A DNA stretch of 64,000 bases from Eledone cirrhosa. Taxonomy: Eukaryota. Positions within the stretch are counted from its first letter, which is position 1. Each line of letters starts with the position of its first letter. This document shows positions 1 to 14,472 of this stretch, piece by piece. Under the pieces are notes generated by a model. It did no database searches. It saw only the letters and a list, made by a program, of their open reading frames with translations, and was not told the origin of the DNA. Location of the stretch: positions 190,092,001-190,156,000 of the forward strand of contig OZ024742.1 in assembly GCA_964016885.1 (NCBI GenBank). The letters run 5' to 3'. A program made the translations under genes and the position numbers.

Positions 1-105
1 TTTTCATATATGAGTGAAGTTTGTTGGTTGGTGCAGTCACGTGAATAATCACATCAGCTTTCGCGCCAGTTTGTGTAAAAATTTCTTTTAACTTAAAAAA
101 GGTGG

Positions 106-192
<87 letters not shown>

Positions 193-298
193 AAGAGTCA
201 GGACCCCTGACTCTTTTCCTATTACCCGCTTTCCTACCCTAAGTATCGAGTACTCTGGTGCGTTATGGTCCACCTGGTTTCTTACCACACTTTCTTTG

Positions 299-376
<78 letters not shown>
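106..376. repeat. (TA)n microsatellite split by a short PLE-end insertion
   Basis: Pure TA runs at 106-191 and 300-376. Confidence 0.95.
192..300 (+). mobile_element. Short PLE 3'-end remnant with 5' foldback, same family as 24505-24652
   Basis: Hairpin AAAGAGTCAGG-acc-CCTGACTCTTT (192-216). The tail cctattaccc...taccctaagta..gagtac..tggtgcgttatggtccacctgg..cttaccac is shared with 24570-24652. Flanked by (TA)n. Confidence 0.6.
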
Positions 377-1050
<674 letters not shown>

Positions 1051-1355
1051 ATATATATATATATATATGTATCTATATATATATGAATATGTCATTTATT
1101 TTGTCTGACCTGTTTAGCTTGACTTGTTTTTTGGCTTAGGTGGTTAATGGCTTCTTGACCGCCTTCTCAGTTTGTATAGCCTTTATAACCTATGTTTATT
1201 ACTCTGGTCTTTTTAGCCCATGGAGCGCTTGCCAGCATGACTCGGAATTTGCCTTACGTTTCGCTTTTTCTACCCGCCGAAATGCGATTCTCGCTGAATT
1301 TATATTTATATATATGTATATATATATATATATATATATCATTAAATTAAAAATC

Positions 1356-1393
<38 letters not shown>

Positions 1394-1396
1394 ATA

Positions 1397-1513
1397 ATAA
1401 TTGTTTCTACTTTAGGCACAAGGCCAGCAATTACCCAGTGCATTACTGGTACTTTATTTTATCGACGCCGTAAGGATGAAAGGCAAAGTCAACCTCGGCG
1501 GGATTTGAATTCA
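1397..1513 (-). mobile_element. tRNA-derived SINE (family 1), 5'-truncated
   Basis: Matches the full copies at 11504 and 18676 (box B GAGTTCAAATCC, core GCCTTTCATCCTTACGGGGTCGATAAAATAAAGTACCAG, tail GTAGAAACAATTAT). Confidence 0.85.
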
Positions 1514-1639
1514 TATATAGTAATAATAATAAATTTGAAGACTAAAATCCAAAGAGGGCTCGATAAGGATAAATTAAACTTTAATCTGTTATTTTAATAA
1601 ATATATATATATATATAAAATAAACACATCAAACAATTT

Positions 1640-1762
1640 CAGGGGATAATTTGTAAGGAGTGTAAACACACATTGTTACGTAGGTAACATTAAAAATTAA
1701 CGTGAACCTTGAATATAGATACCTTACAATATTAATTAATCTCCTTTACAAATTATCCCCTG
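1640..1762. mobile_element. MITE-like element with about 21-bp terminal inverted repeats
   Basis: CAGGGGATAATTTGTAAGGAG (1640-1660) versus CTCCTTTACAAATTATCCCCTG (1741-1762), one indel. Confidence 0.5.
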
Positions 1763-1820
1763 TAATAGTTTGATGTGTTTATTTATCTACCTATCTATCT
1801 ACATAAGCAACTCCAAACAA

Positions 1821-3230
1821 ATGTTGACCGATGCAAAACAATTCATAACCTTTGAAGAAAAGGGTGGGTTTCATATAAACTCACCTTTGCAAATTAAACG
1901 AGAAACAGTTCGAAGGACAGTAACCTTCAGAACTGTTTCAAATCAAACGAAAAATCCGGTATTCCTCAGTCAAGGGGAAATTGAAACCACCTTGAAAGAG
2001 GCTCTGCCGGACATTGATTTTATGCAGAGGGCCAGACTATATGGAAGTATTTCGGTACTTTTTAAAAGCGAGGCCCTCGCACAAAAGCATTCTGTTACAC
2101 CAGTCATCACAAACACACACACACCTTTTTACCTACTTACATGGGAAAAAAAAGTCAAAAAATTAAAATAAATAATATACCAACAAACATCAACATTTGG
2201 TGGATCTTAGCAGGTTTTATAGAGCCAGAAAGTGATACAATTCTTTCGGTCAGGAAGTCGACCAGACAAAGGTGGGCAGGGACAAATTTGGAAATTCTGA
2301 TACAAATGACACCAGAAAGAATTTCCAAAATTCCCGAAAGAGTGCTGGTCGACAACCAGAACTACATCAAGATCGTAACTGAGGGTAGAAAGCCACACTG
2401 TTTTCGATGTGCAAGCACATCACACCTAAAAGCCTCCTGGCCTTTACAAACAAATCTTTAAAAAAAGTACTTTTACCAACACCAACACCAAAACAATCAC
2501 CCCCACCACCACAACAACAACACACAAAACAAGCAAACACATCCAAACAAACAAACAACCACTCAACCACAAACAACAGAAAAAACACAGACAACACCCC
2601 TGAAGAACACAGCCCCACCCCATCCCACTCCACCAAACACTACCACAAACACACACACCGAAACACCACCACCACACAACATACCCCTACCCCACACTCC
2701 TGACGATGATTATTCAACGACAGATGAGGCTGCTTCTCCTTCTTTAAGTGAAGAATAAGGAGAGCCTCGGAAATCTAAAAAAACAAAAAAAGAGACACCA
2801 CAAAACCCCCCAAACTCCAATAACCAACACCAACACACAACTACAAACAACAACACAAACAGCACCACAACCAAACCTCCCTCTACCAACCAAACAAACA
2901 CCAACACAAACACAAAAAAGAAAACTCACAGATGAACAACAAACTAAAACAACACAACCAAAACAAAAACAACAATACGCATACATCAACACACATAACA
3001 AGAGTTTGATGGAGGTCATATCCCAAAACCCCAAGGTGGAGACGGAGGGCAAAACTTTCGTCAAAGCAGAATCGTCTCCACACCTAAAACTAATAAGAGT
3101 TTCGATAGAAACCTATCAGGAATTGAAAGAACAGTTTTCGCAGGATGTTGGCAACCCCTGTCACAAACTTATTAACCGCGTCTTATTAAAATGTTTCCCC
3201 ACCCCACCCTACACCCCCCACCAGAACTGA
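1821..3230 (+). pseudogene. LINE ORF1 (gag-like, Zn knuckle), frameshifted
   Basis: Fragments 1770-2171 and 2141-2461, the latter with CFRCASTSHLKASW (CCHC knuckle, last C mutated), followed by a T/Q/P/K low-complexity tail. Confidence 0.7.
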
Positions 3231-3297
3231 AAATCTCCAGGAAACGAAAAGGTAAGTGCACCTTTTCGTCCTTTTTCTCCAACTTTTCTTCACCAAC

Positions 3298-6200
3298 ATG
3301 GCTAGTTTACGAGTTGGAAGCGTGAATGTGCGTGGTCTAGGGATGCCCTGGAAACAGGGCCAACTTTTAAACGACCTTAGGTCACACGGTATGGATGTGA
3401 TAGCCATCACCGAGTCCAGGATCCACAACAGGCAGCAACTAACCCCCCATCTTCGACAACTTTGAGATCTACGCATCTCTCTGTCAGCCAGGAGGTGGAG
3501 GGGGAGTGGCTGTCATGTTTCGGAAGAACCTGGACGTCGAAGTACAGCAAGTACACTTGGACCCTGAGGGTAGACTGGTAGTCCTAGACGTGAACAGTAT
3601 TGGAGGTGGAGCCTTCAGGCTGGTGGCCGTTTATGCCCCGACCGGACAATCGCAATCACGGCCAGACTTCTTTAAGAGTCTAGAGTCTTTTCTGGGAACG
3701 TCTCGCTCCTTACTTTTAGTGGGGGACTGGAATGGTATCCTAGATGCACGATGGGACTATGTGGGAGCATGTCCCAGTAGAGCGGCGTGCAACAACCTCA
3801 AAACTTTAATCGGCCAATTCCAACTGGCCGATAGGTATCGACAGGATTTCCCAACTGCACCACAGTGGACGTGGGCAAACCGCAGCGGGACATCTAGATC
3901 GTATTTAGATAGGTTCTTCATTAGAGAAAGGGACAAGGAGATGTTAAGCTGTCCACGAATACACATGGCTGCCAATTCAGATCACAAATTAGTCGTCTGC
4001 ATAGTCAACCGTGACAGAACCCATAGACAGGGACCCGGATACTGGAAGCTGAACGTGTCGTTGCCGGCACGAAAAGCTTACAGTGAACGGATAAGTAGAC
4101 TAGTCAATCAACAGTTAACGGGAGCCATCGTCAACAATAGATGGTGGTACTCTCTCAAGAAAGCAATTAGAGTAGAATCGATAGGGTTTAGCAGAGAGAT
4201 AGCCTTAGAGAAAAACAAAATAAAAAGAGAACTAGTAGCCAAGGTAGAGCAGGCACTTAGAAGTGGCAACGCGGCTAGAGTGTTAGCATCGAGAACGGCA
4301 CTGGACCAGTTCTTCGATGCGAAACACGAAGGCTGCGTGGTCAGAAGAAAAACACGTGCTCTAGGAAAAGAAGGAGCGAAAGCTGTCAGCTGGGCCCGAG
4401 TGGCGGAGGCAAAAAGTGGCAACAAGTCCACGATTCGGTCTTTGAAAGACCCAAAAAGACGCATGCTACTTGACTCCAAGCAAATGTGCGCAGCCTTTCA
4501 GCAGCACTTTGCGCGACTGTTTTAACAGAACGACGGTGAGCCGAACGGGGCAATGGACTTTAGTTCATACCTCGACAGCCTGCCGCGTCTCTCGAACACG
4601 AACGCCGAGTTCTGCGAAAGACCGATCATGGACACTGAGATACGGGACGCTCTGGCCGCTGCGGGAAACGCAAGTAACCCGGTCTAGATGGTCTACCCTA
4701 TGAGCTTTACATAGGCATGCCGGACTTGTTCTCTGGCGTCCTCGAAGCCGTCTACTGCAATTGGCAGCAGAACGGAAGAATTCCCAGGTCTGCAGGCAAG
4801 GGCGTAGTAACGCTGATCAGGAAAGACGAGAACAAGGGGGACGAAATTAACAACTTCAGGCCCATAACTCTGCTCAATACAGAGTTAAAGATTTTGGCCA
4901 AGGTGCTAGCGACGAGATTGGCGCTTGTCGTCGAGAACCTGGTAGGGAAAGCGCAAACGTGTGCAATCCCGACCAGGTCCATACACGACAACCTCCACCT
5001 CATGCGATACATCATAGAGAGGGTGGGTAGTAAACCCGTCTTCGGTGGGGCTCTGATCAATTTGGATCAGTCTAAGGCATTCTATAGGGTCAACCATCGA
5101 TACTTGGTAGCGGTTCTCAAGGCGGCCGGTTTCGGTCCCGTATTCAGAGGCTGGATCGAGGCGATGCACACCAGCATCTGCTCGAGGGTCAAGGTGAACG
5201 GCTACCTATCGGAGCCGTTCGCAATCACGTATTCCATTCGACAGGGGTGCCCTCTCTCCTCCATTCTGTATGTATTGACCTAAGAGCCACTACTGCGGAA
5301 ATTGGAGCTGTTGCAGGGCATCCCTCTAGAACCGGGACTGCGCAAAGCGGCGTCGGCTTATGCCGACGACGTGTCGGTAATGGTGTCGAGCACCTCGGAA
5401 ATCTGGGTGATCGGCATCTTACTGAAAGAATACGAAACGCTGACCGGAGCAAAACTAAACTCGGACAAGTCTGTCGATTTGCAACTCGGTACGTGGAGAG
5501 GCAAATCGATGACGTCCGACAGCGTCGTTGGACGCTGGACGGACGGACCGGTGAAATTGCTCGGGGTCTGGTTCGGTCCAGACCTCCAGGTGGAGAAAAA
5601 CTGGAACGAGGTCACGGCCAAGGTATTTGCGCTCACCCAGAAGTGGGCAGAGTGCAAACTGTCCTTGAAAGGTCGAGCGGAGGTGGCGAACACTTTCATA
5701 GCGTCCGTCATCTACTACCGCTTGACTGTCGTGCCTTGTCCCCGTGAACACCTCGCCAAGACGGAACGCATGCTCTCCCAGTTTCTGTGGAAGAAGCAGG
5801 CTCCGCTGGTGAGGAGATCTGTCTGCTGTCAGCACCCTTCCAACGGAGGGCTGGGAATGCCGTGGCTGATGATGCGCAAACATGCGCTGAGGCTGCGGCA
5901 ACTCCAGGTATTCCTCACCGACCCCCCCCCCCCAACCGGTGGGGGAACCGTTTGTGAAACGGGCTTCCCGCAGCTCGTCTCGCTGACGGAGCTGCAGTCC
6001 TGGGTCAAGAAAAGACTGAAAACGATGGGCGCCTGGCTCATTGAATGCGCTCAGGCACTCACAGTCCTCTGGCAAGCGGGCACAGCAATCAGTGGAGACT
6101 CCACTTCGACATTCTATAGAGGGATTGTACGTTACAAGGGCGACGACGTGCTCGGAGAGACTCTGGGCGTCGAAGACGATGAGCTCACCAGTATGTTTGG

Positions 6201-6750
6201 TAGGACTTTCCGCCCGGGACCTATGGACAACTTCCAGAGGTCTCTGGCCTGGCAGTGCTACCGAGGGGCTCTACCAGTTCGAGACAAGATCTACAGGCAC
6301 GGACGCCCCGGCAGGGATCCTTCCAAGAGGACGTGTCCAAGATGCGCGCAGGACATTGAAACCGTCCTGCACGCAATTGTACAATGCCCGGGCGTAACCG
6401 ACCTGTGGAACTATGCAGAACAACTGCTGTCGCGTATGGGACAAATCCAGTTGACTGCCGAGTCCATAGTAAGGATCAACCCTCCAGCCTCTTTCAAAAA
6501 CGAAAGAGAGGCGGTTTTCCTCTGTACAGTGGCTATGGTGAAAGAAGTTATATGGTGGACGAAATTGAGAGGACTGAGGACAGATGCCTTTCTCTCCGGA
6601 CAACAATTGATTCCCTTCTTTAAATATCACTTTAGAAGGAGAATCAGAGTGGAGAGAGAGGCACTGCACCCCAGTAAATTTACTGAAAGGTGGGTGAATG
6701 TGGCAAAAATGGCCCGAGTGATTGGGTCTTCTCTGTTTATAAGCCTGTAG
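3298..6750 (+). pseudogene. LINE ORF2 (AP endonuclease + reverse transcriptase + C-terminal Zn finger), disrupted
   Basis: SVNVRGL, VYAP, GDWN, YLDRF, SDHK, GPGYWKLN; NFRPITLLN, DQSKAF, IRQGCPLS, YADD (5359-5370); CPRC..ETVLHAIVQC. In-frame stops at 4523 and 5281, frameshifts near 3470 and 4660. Confidence 0.92.
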
Positions 6751-6948
6751 GTTAAAGAAACACGCTCCTGGAGTTGAGAGTTGTTCTATCGACGGGGTAT
6801 TAAACAACCCATTTGTGGCGCTTCCCCCCTATTAGGGATTTCGATTGTTGTAATTGTTTGTTTTATATTTTTTACACGACTGTATGTAAAATCCCGGGCA
6901 TGTCTTTGTATTGTCCCCTTTTCTTGTGCCCCCTTGTGGCAAATAAAG

Positions 6949-7039
<91 letters not shown>

Positions 7040-7867
7040 TATGTGTGTGTGCGCGCGCGCGCGTGTGTGTGTGTGAATCGATTTTTAATTTAATGGTAAT
7101 AAATGCTCGGATACATCCCTTAGAATCTTTGACCTTATTTTACAGGCGGTATGGCGCATGCTTCTCAAACATGACATCCTTAATTTTATTTTGGTTATAT
7201 ATATATAATTCTAATTAATAGATGTTTGTAGATAGATATATCGAGAAAGAACCATATATCTTATGAGAACACACAGTATCTTGTATATATACAAAGCACA
7301 TATAACAAGGAAAATATGCACTTTATATGGAAACATCTATAATTCCTAATAGCGTTTAATGTTTCGAAGGACCAGAACTTAAAATCAATCTAAGTAATCG
7401 ATCATCGATCACCAACTATCAATTTTGGTTAAGTTATGGGAGACGCGAATCAATCGTCAGTGGGAGTCGCCAATTATATATAAAAAAAATATATATATAG
7501 TTGTGATATAGTATATAATACAAAATACCTGTTTATATCCGGAAATACATAAATAACATTACAAATTGCTCACAATTCTTTCAGAATAACATTAGAAATA
7601 TAATGTCCTTGATAAACACAAATATCAATGCATATAACAAATGTCATTTAACATTGCTAGGAATCTCACAAAAACAACGCACCAAAATACATAACCAGAG
7701 CGAGAGAAAGAAAAGAAGGGGGAAGCAAAAACAAAAACGAAAACGACCATAAATTCACCACCAAGTGCAACAGTCTTCCGAAGGTTAAAATTCTTTCTGT
7801 TAAAGGTGACAGAGCATAAGTATTTAAATTGAAGAAAACTAAGGTTCGTAAAATTAAGTCCGTCTTT

Positions 7868-7996
7868 AATCTATACAATCGTTTCTATACAGGTAAGAAG
7901 CTTGCATATACATACACGCAATACATCAATCAGTTATAATTAATTAACAATTATTCACATAATATACAAACACACTTGCATATCATCAGGAGTATT
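7868..7996 (-). ncRNA. Degenerate type I hammerhead (PLE pLTR remnant)
   Basis: CTGATGA-TATGCA...TGTATA-GAAA-CGATTG-TA. Stem I is imperfect. Confidence 0.45.
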
Positions 7997-8041
7997 TGGA
8001 GGGAATAAATTCAACACAACACGTATGAAGAACGGGTTCAG

Positions 8042-8957
8042 ATTTAGGCACGAGGCCAGCAATTTTGGAGGAGGGGAAAGTCGATTAAATCGACCCCAGT
8101 TCGTTACTAGTACTTTATTTTATCAACCCATAAGGATGAAAGGCAAAGCTAACCTCGGTGGGATTTGAACTCAGAACATAAGGAGCCGTAACTCAATGCC
8201 ACAAAGCATGTTGTCCGACGCTTTGCCTATACTGTCAATTCACCGCCCTTCATTAGCAAATAATTGTTTCTACTTTTGGGACAAGGCCAGCAATTACCTC
8301 AGTGCATTACTAGTGCTTTATTTTATCGACCCCGTAAGGATGAAAGGCAAAGTTAACCTCGGTGGGATTTGAACTTAGTCCGTAAAGGGCCTATGCTGCT
8401 AAACATGGCGTCCAATCCTCTACCGATACTGCCAAACCACCGCCAAACGTAAATAATTGTTTCTACTTTTGGCACAAGGCCAGCAAATTACCCAGTACAT
8501 TACTGGTACTTTATTTTATCGACCCCGTAAGGATGAAAGGCAAAGTTAACCTCGGCGGGATTTGAACTCAGAATGGCAAGGGCCGTAACTCTATGCGTCA
8601 AAGCATAAATAATTGTTTCTACTTTTGGTACAAGGCCAGCAATTACCCAGTACATTACTGGTACTTTATTTTATCGACCCCGTAAGGATGAAAGACACAG
8701 TTGTCCTCAGCGGGAATTGAACTCAGAATGGAAAGGGCCGTAACTCTATGCGTCAAAGCATGACGTCCGACCCTTTGCCAATACTGCCAATAAGCATAAA
8801 TAATTATTTCTACTTTTTGCACAAGGCCAGCAATTGTCTCAGTACATTACTGGTACTTTATTTTATTGACCCCGTAAGGATGAAAGGCAAAGTTAACCTC
8901 GGCGGGATTTGAACTCAGACCATAAAGGGCCGTAACTCTTTGCTGCAAAGCATGGCA
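8042..8957 (-). mobile_element. Cluster of five head-to-tail SINE family 1 copies
   Basis: Copies start near 8042, 8260, 8453, 8609 and 8800. AAGCATAAATAATT recurs at 8601 and 8792. Confidence 0.9.
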
Positions 8958-9804
8958 ATGAATATAAGCAAGCAATGGAAAAAGCAGGCAAAGCGAATGC
9001 AAGCAGAGAGTGGCAATTATAGGGAAGTAGTATTTTTTTAGGCTTATGAGGCACAAGACCGTTGAGTTTTTTTCGTGCAAGCGTTGGATAAACAATGATG
9101 CAAAGGTAACACGTTGTAACATATGGAGAGAGAAAATTAGACAGTTTAAAAGCTATAACAGTAATTAAGTTGTTTTTGTATTAATCGATGTGCAATAGGT
9201 AATTTCATTATTATTACCAATCATGTCACTCACTCAGATATAACAGAAAGCTAGAAGCAGAGACATTAACCAGCATGATATCTAACAGCATGCGCAATTA
9301 ATATGGCTAGCAGTAAATTCTAAAAAAAAAAAAAAAAATGTGTTACGTCTTCAGGGAGGTATATGTAGGCGTAAAGCAATCTTAATTTAAGTTCGGTGTC
9401 ATAGCGTGACTAAGTATAATTACGTTAAATAATGATTAAGAATCACCATGTAATATAAGGGGTTGGTTTAGGAAAGTGACTGGTTGAAATAAAAGCTACA
9501 TTAGTCTGACTTTGTCGACTCGTATTTTGAATTACATATGCAAATGGGTATTCACATATATAAATATATACAATAAGATGCACACGTCCCCGTATAACTT
9601 TTCACTTATAAATACGGGGTACACAGTGTAATTGGTTTAAGTTCCAAATCATACCATCATAATATTCAACCGTAATTCATTATTGTATCTCAGTATTTAT
9701 ATATTTTTATGTGAGGATGTCTAAGTTATTCCTAAAGGAGTAATAGGAATAAACAATAATTATTGGGTATGTTAGAAAGAAACAGGTGTATATATATGTA
9801 ACAG

Positions 9805-9932
9805 ATTGTTTCTGAAGAAGAATGTGTGATAGATTACGGATTTTGAGACTAGAAATAGGTAGTGACATAGCCACTAGTCAATATATCGATCTACCATGAT
9901 CAATCAACCATCTGAAACGATCGTAAAACAAT
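9805..9932 (+). ncRNA. Type I hammerhead ribozyme with long stem II
   Basis: ATTGTTT-CTGAAGA-AGA...TCT-GAAA-CGATCG-TA^-AAACAAT. Perfect 7-bp stem I and palindromic stem III. Confidence 0.8.
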
Positions 9933-9985
9933 GAACTAATTAATAAGCCCTCTTCAGCTTTTGTTTTTCCTTTTCATTGTTCACT

Positions 9986-10025
<40 letters not shown>

Positions 10026-10155
10026 GACGGTTGGTTTCAACCTTAAAAGTTCATAGCGAAAGACCCTTAAATGTTTATCATAAACATACTGTATATTATT
10101 CAATATGCAATACGTATATTTATGTGTATACAGCTATGTTGGAACACCAATACAA

Positions 10156-10216
<61 letters not shown>

Positions 10217-11503
10217 AAAATTGAACGGGAACAAAGCAGAGAGACAGTACGAACAAAGGTTTATTAGTTTCACGCTCTTGAGAGTGGGGTGGTGAGAGAG
10301 AGAGAGAGAAGATAACAATATATCGTTAAAGGTAATCCGATAAGAGGTTGTGAAAACTACTTATCATGGTTGTGAAAACTACTTATCAGCTGGTGTTTTT
10401 AAAAAAAGGTGGTACGTACACAGACATTCTATGATTAATAAAAATCTTTCAAATACAACTCTCGCCAACAAAATCTGGCAACTTAAGAATGCAGACATAG
10501 AATACGCGATCAGTTGGGCAATATTGTCAAAAGCAAAGGCCTATCAAATTGGTATGTCCCATTGCAGGCTCTGTAATATGGAACTTTTCCAAATTCTTAA
10601 TTTCAGCAAAACCCTTCTTAACAGTAGAATTGAACGATCTATTTTTTGCCGGCACAAATCAGCAACGACATTTGAGAACTTTAGACCAACTTAATTCCAT
10701 TTTCTATTCCCTATCCCTTTTATACCATTAGAATCTACTACGATATCACATTATCAGCAGCATCGTCACCATTATAATTACCAAAGAACAACATCAGAAC
10801 CTTCTGTATTTACATTCTTATTTTAAACACCTCTATCTTTCACCATTTGTTTGTGCATTTCTCTACTTAAACCTATCTCATCTCGATCATTTTATTTTAT
10901 CATGTAATACATCTTAAACTAGTTAATTTACTTATTAACATATCCAATACACACATAAGTATATCCAATATTATAATATTTTCAACTTAACATCTATCCA
11001 TATTTAATAATCATCAACAACTATTCGCAATAACATTAACAACATTAATATTACTCTTATTAGTCTCTTCAACGCATTTATTTATTTATTTATTTATTTA
11101 TTCTCATCTATACGTTTCAAATATTTAACCATTTTATATAACAATAGATGTAAATTGTTTATTTACTCATCTATCTATTTATTTATTTATTTATTTATTT
11201 ATTTATTTCTATGCTTAAATCTCTATTTTTACTTGCTTTCATTCTTGTATTAACGTATATTCGCCTGTCTGTTTATCTTCCTTCTTTTCTCCATCCTATT
11301 TCTGCCTGTATTTATCAATCATTACTCATCCGGTCGCACGCCTTAACTCTTCTATCTTCCACATGATGTCTCTACCTGTCTTTCGTTTTCCTTCTTCATC
11401 TTTCTCTGTCTCTTTCTCTTCTTCCTTCTTCATCCTTCTTTTTCTTCTCTACCTTTACTACATCTATCCCACCTTTTTTCTTTCTATCTGTATCTTCATT
11501 ATT

Positions 11504-11686
11504 ATTGGCAGTAACGGTAGAGGGTCGGACGCCATGCTTTGACGTATAGAGTTACGGCCCTTGCCATTCTGAGTTCAAATCCCGCCGAGGTTAACTTTGC
11601 CTTTCATCCTTATGGGGTTGATAAAATAAAGTACCAGTAATACACTGGGTAATTGCTGGCCTTGTGCCAAAACTAGAAACAATTAT
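11504..11686 (+). mobile_element. SINE family 1, near full length
   Basis: Box A-like TGGCAGTAACGG, box B GAGTTCAAATCC, conserved core and tail. Confidence 0.9.
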
Positions 11687-11891
11687 TTTTATTTTGATGT
11701 GATAGTTTTATTTCGTAATTTTGCCGGTTATGCATATAACTGTATTTTCTTTTTCTCTTTCGCCCCCCCCCCTCCTTTCCATCTGTCCCCCTTCCTTTAT
11801 CTGTCTCTATATCTTTATTATGAATATTATTATTGATGTGGTAATTTGAATTTATAAATTTACCGTTACGCATATATTTTGTATTTTTTCT

Positions 11892-12000
11892 CAGTTTCTG
11901 ATGAAATGATGTGGGTAGCATGTATTTTAAATTGAGTGTCACTGCCTTCAGTGTTTAGCAATTTTTAGACAACTCTATCATGGAAACAATTGTTAGACTG
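11892..12000 (+). ncRNA. Type I hammerhead ribozyme
   Basis: CAGTTT-CTGATGA-a-ATGAT...ATCAT-g-GAAA-CAATTG-TT^-AGACTG. A.G mismatch at the base of stem II. Confidence 0.65.
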
Positions 12001-12051
12001 TAAATAAATTACCTTGATTGTACTGTTGACCATGTTATTCTTTACTTTTTC

Positions 12052-12127
<76 letters not shown>

Positions 12128-12149
12128 TATATATATATATATATATATA

Positions 12150-12933
<784 letters not shown>

Positions 12934-13225
12934 AAAAAAGATGAAATCGAAAATGCAACTGGAGTCTTATTTAAAAAAATATATATATATATTTATTTGG
13001 TTCCTTTACCTAACAGATGTGAGAAAAACCACAGACCTTTCTTCTCAACTCTACTTTTGAAAAGCAGAAGAACTGCGAAACCGGTAAAGGAACCAAATAA
13101 ATATATATATTTAAAAAAAAATAAGACTCCAGTTGCATTTTCGATTTCATCTTTTTTTCTTTATACTTTCACTCGTGTAGGACACCTCGGTTATTTGTCA
13201 TTTTGTAAAAAAAAACCTCACTTTC
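12934..13225 (+). mobile_element. Short PLE end with inverted 5' arm
   Basis: 12934-13010 is the reverse complement of about 13083-13157, with an HHR at the junction. Confidence 0.65.
13054..13089 (+). ncRNA. Minimal type I hammerhead, U3-A8 core variant
   Basis: CTT-TTGAAAA-GCAG-aagaa-CTGC-GAAA-CCGG-TA^-AAG. Confidence 0.6.
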
Positions 13226-13619
13226 TAATATATATATATATATATAATTAGGTAATAACATACTCATCCTTTTTTCCATTCGGAGGTTTTTTTTAAAAAA
13301 CCCAACAAACAGACTATTTCTATTTAGTCAAATACGGCATAAGCACATGTTACTACCTAATTTTCAAATTCGTAAGCCGTTCGTAAACAAAGCCTGCTTT
13401 GTGTCCCCCCCTCCTCACACACACATATATATATTTGTTAATGTACGGATGCACAGAAGCATTAGATTTTGGTATACTGTTTTTAATATCGCTTCTGCTT
13501 GCTGTTGCTTTTGAATGTGCTTGTAATCTGCAATGTATTAATTGATATGGTACGAACCTCGTCTATAGTATGGAGTTATCTCTTGTATGTATTTCTCTTG
13601 AAACTTATAACAATATCTA

Positions 13620-13708
13620 GATTCCTGAAGATATGTAGAGCGACGGACAGATGCGTCGTATATATCGTGGTATGGCCCACCCCTATACATTGAAACATAT
13701 GTAGAATT
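13620..13708 (+). ncRNA. Type I hammerhead ribozyme, U.U at base of stem II
   Basis: GATTC-CTGAAGA-T-ATGTAGAG...CTATACAT-T-GAAA-CATATG-TA^-GAATT. Confidence 0.7.
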
Positions 13709-13746
13709 AAAATTACATAACCAAGTTATACTTGGTCATTCTCCCT

Positions 13747-13840
<94 letters not shown>

Positions 13841-13951
13841 AGAGAGACAACATATGTAGACAATTTATAACAGACTCGGAAACAGTTGTCAAAACAAATA
13901 TATTCATAATCTCATCACGCCGACGTTTTATTTTTCTTGGTGCAATACTTG

Positions 13952-13999
<48 letters not shown>

Positions 14000-14011
14000 C
14001 ACGCACACAAC

Positions 14012-14090
<79 letters not shown>

Positions 14091-14129
14091 TGTATATATA
14101 TGTATGTAAACAGAAATATCAACACAATC

Positions 14130-14435
14130 GGTACAGTATATAGAAGAGATATATTAGATTAACGCTTGATATAGCAGGAAGAGGGTCTTAACGTTTCGGA
14201 CGCTAGTCCTTCATCAGAAGAAAGAATGAGAAATAAGGTAGATTGTGGGGACAGGCGGGTGGAATTGGAAAAAATGTCTTTAGATAAAAATAACAGGTCC
14301 ATTCATGTTGATATCTCTTGGAAAACTGTTGGTGCTGGCTTTTTGTGTATGATTTGTTTTTTTTAGAAAAGTGGATAATGGAGCGCATCAACCTGAAATG
14401 GAAAAAAAAGCGCTATACTTGAGCACATGCGTAGG

Positions 14436-14472
<37 letters not shown>

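Larger units (their letters stand above)
1790..6951 (+). mobile_element. Near full-length decayed Tx1/L1-clade non-LTR retrotransposon
   Basis: ORF1-like region followed by APE-RT-Zn finger ORF2, AATAAA at 6942-6947, ending at (TC)n. The 5' boundary is approximate. Confidence 0.9.
10350..12055 (+). mobile_element. Naiad-like PLE 3' fragment (GIY-YIG C-terminus + 3' UTR/pLTR)
   Basis: FKKRWYVHRHSM..NTTLANKIWQLK..ISWAIL..CRLCNME..LNSRIE..CRHK (10350-10694), homologous to the ORF at 31271. Long pyrimidine-rich UTR ending in an HHR. Confidence 0.8.

Noticed and set aside
7340-7447. Hammerhead on the minus strand (CTGACGA...GAAA)
   Set aside because: Part of stem II pairs, but the core-proximal stems I, II and III do not. 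Too degenerate to call.
7585-7892. Host exon (tttcag acceptor, ag/gtaaga donor)
   Set aside because: The frame I translated hits a stop, and the donor overlaps a minus-strand PLE hammerhead remnant.
11504-11686. tRNA gene
   Set aside because: Box A/B are present but there is no cloverleaf. It is the tRNA-derived head of a multi-copy SINE.
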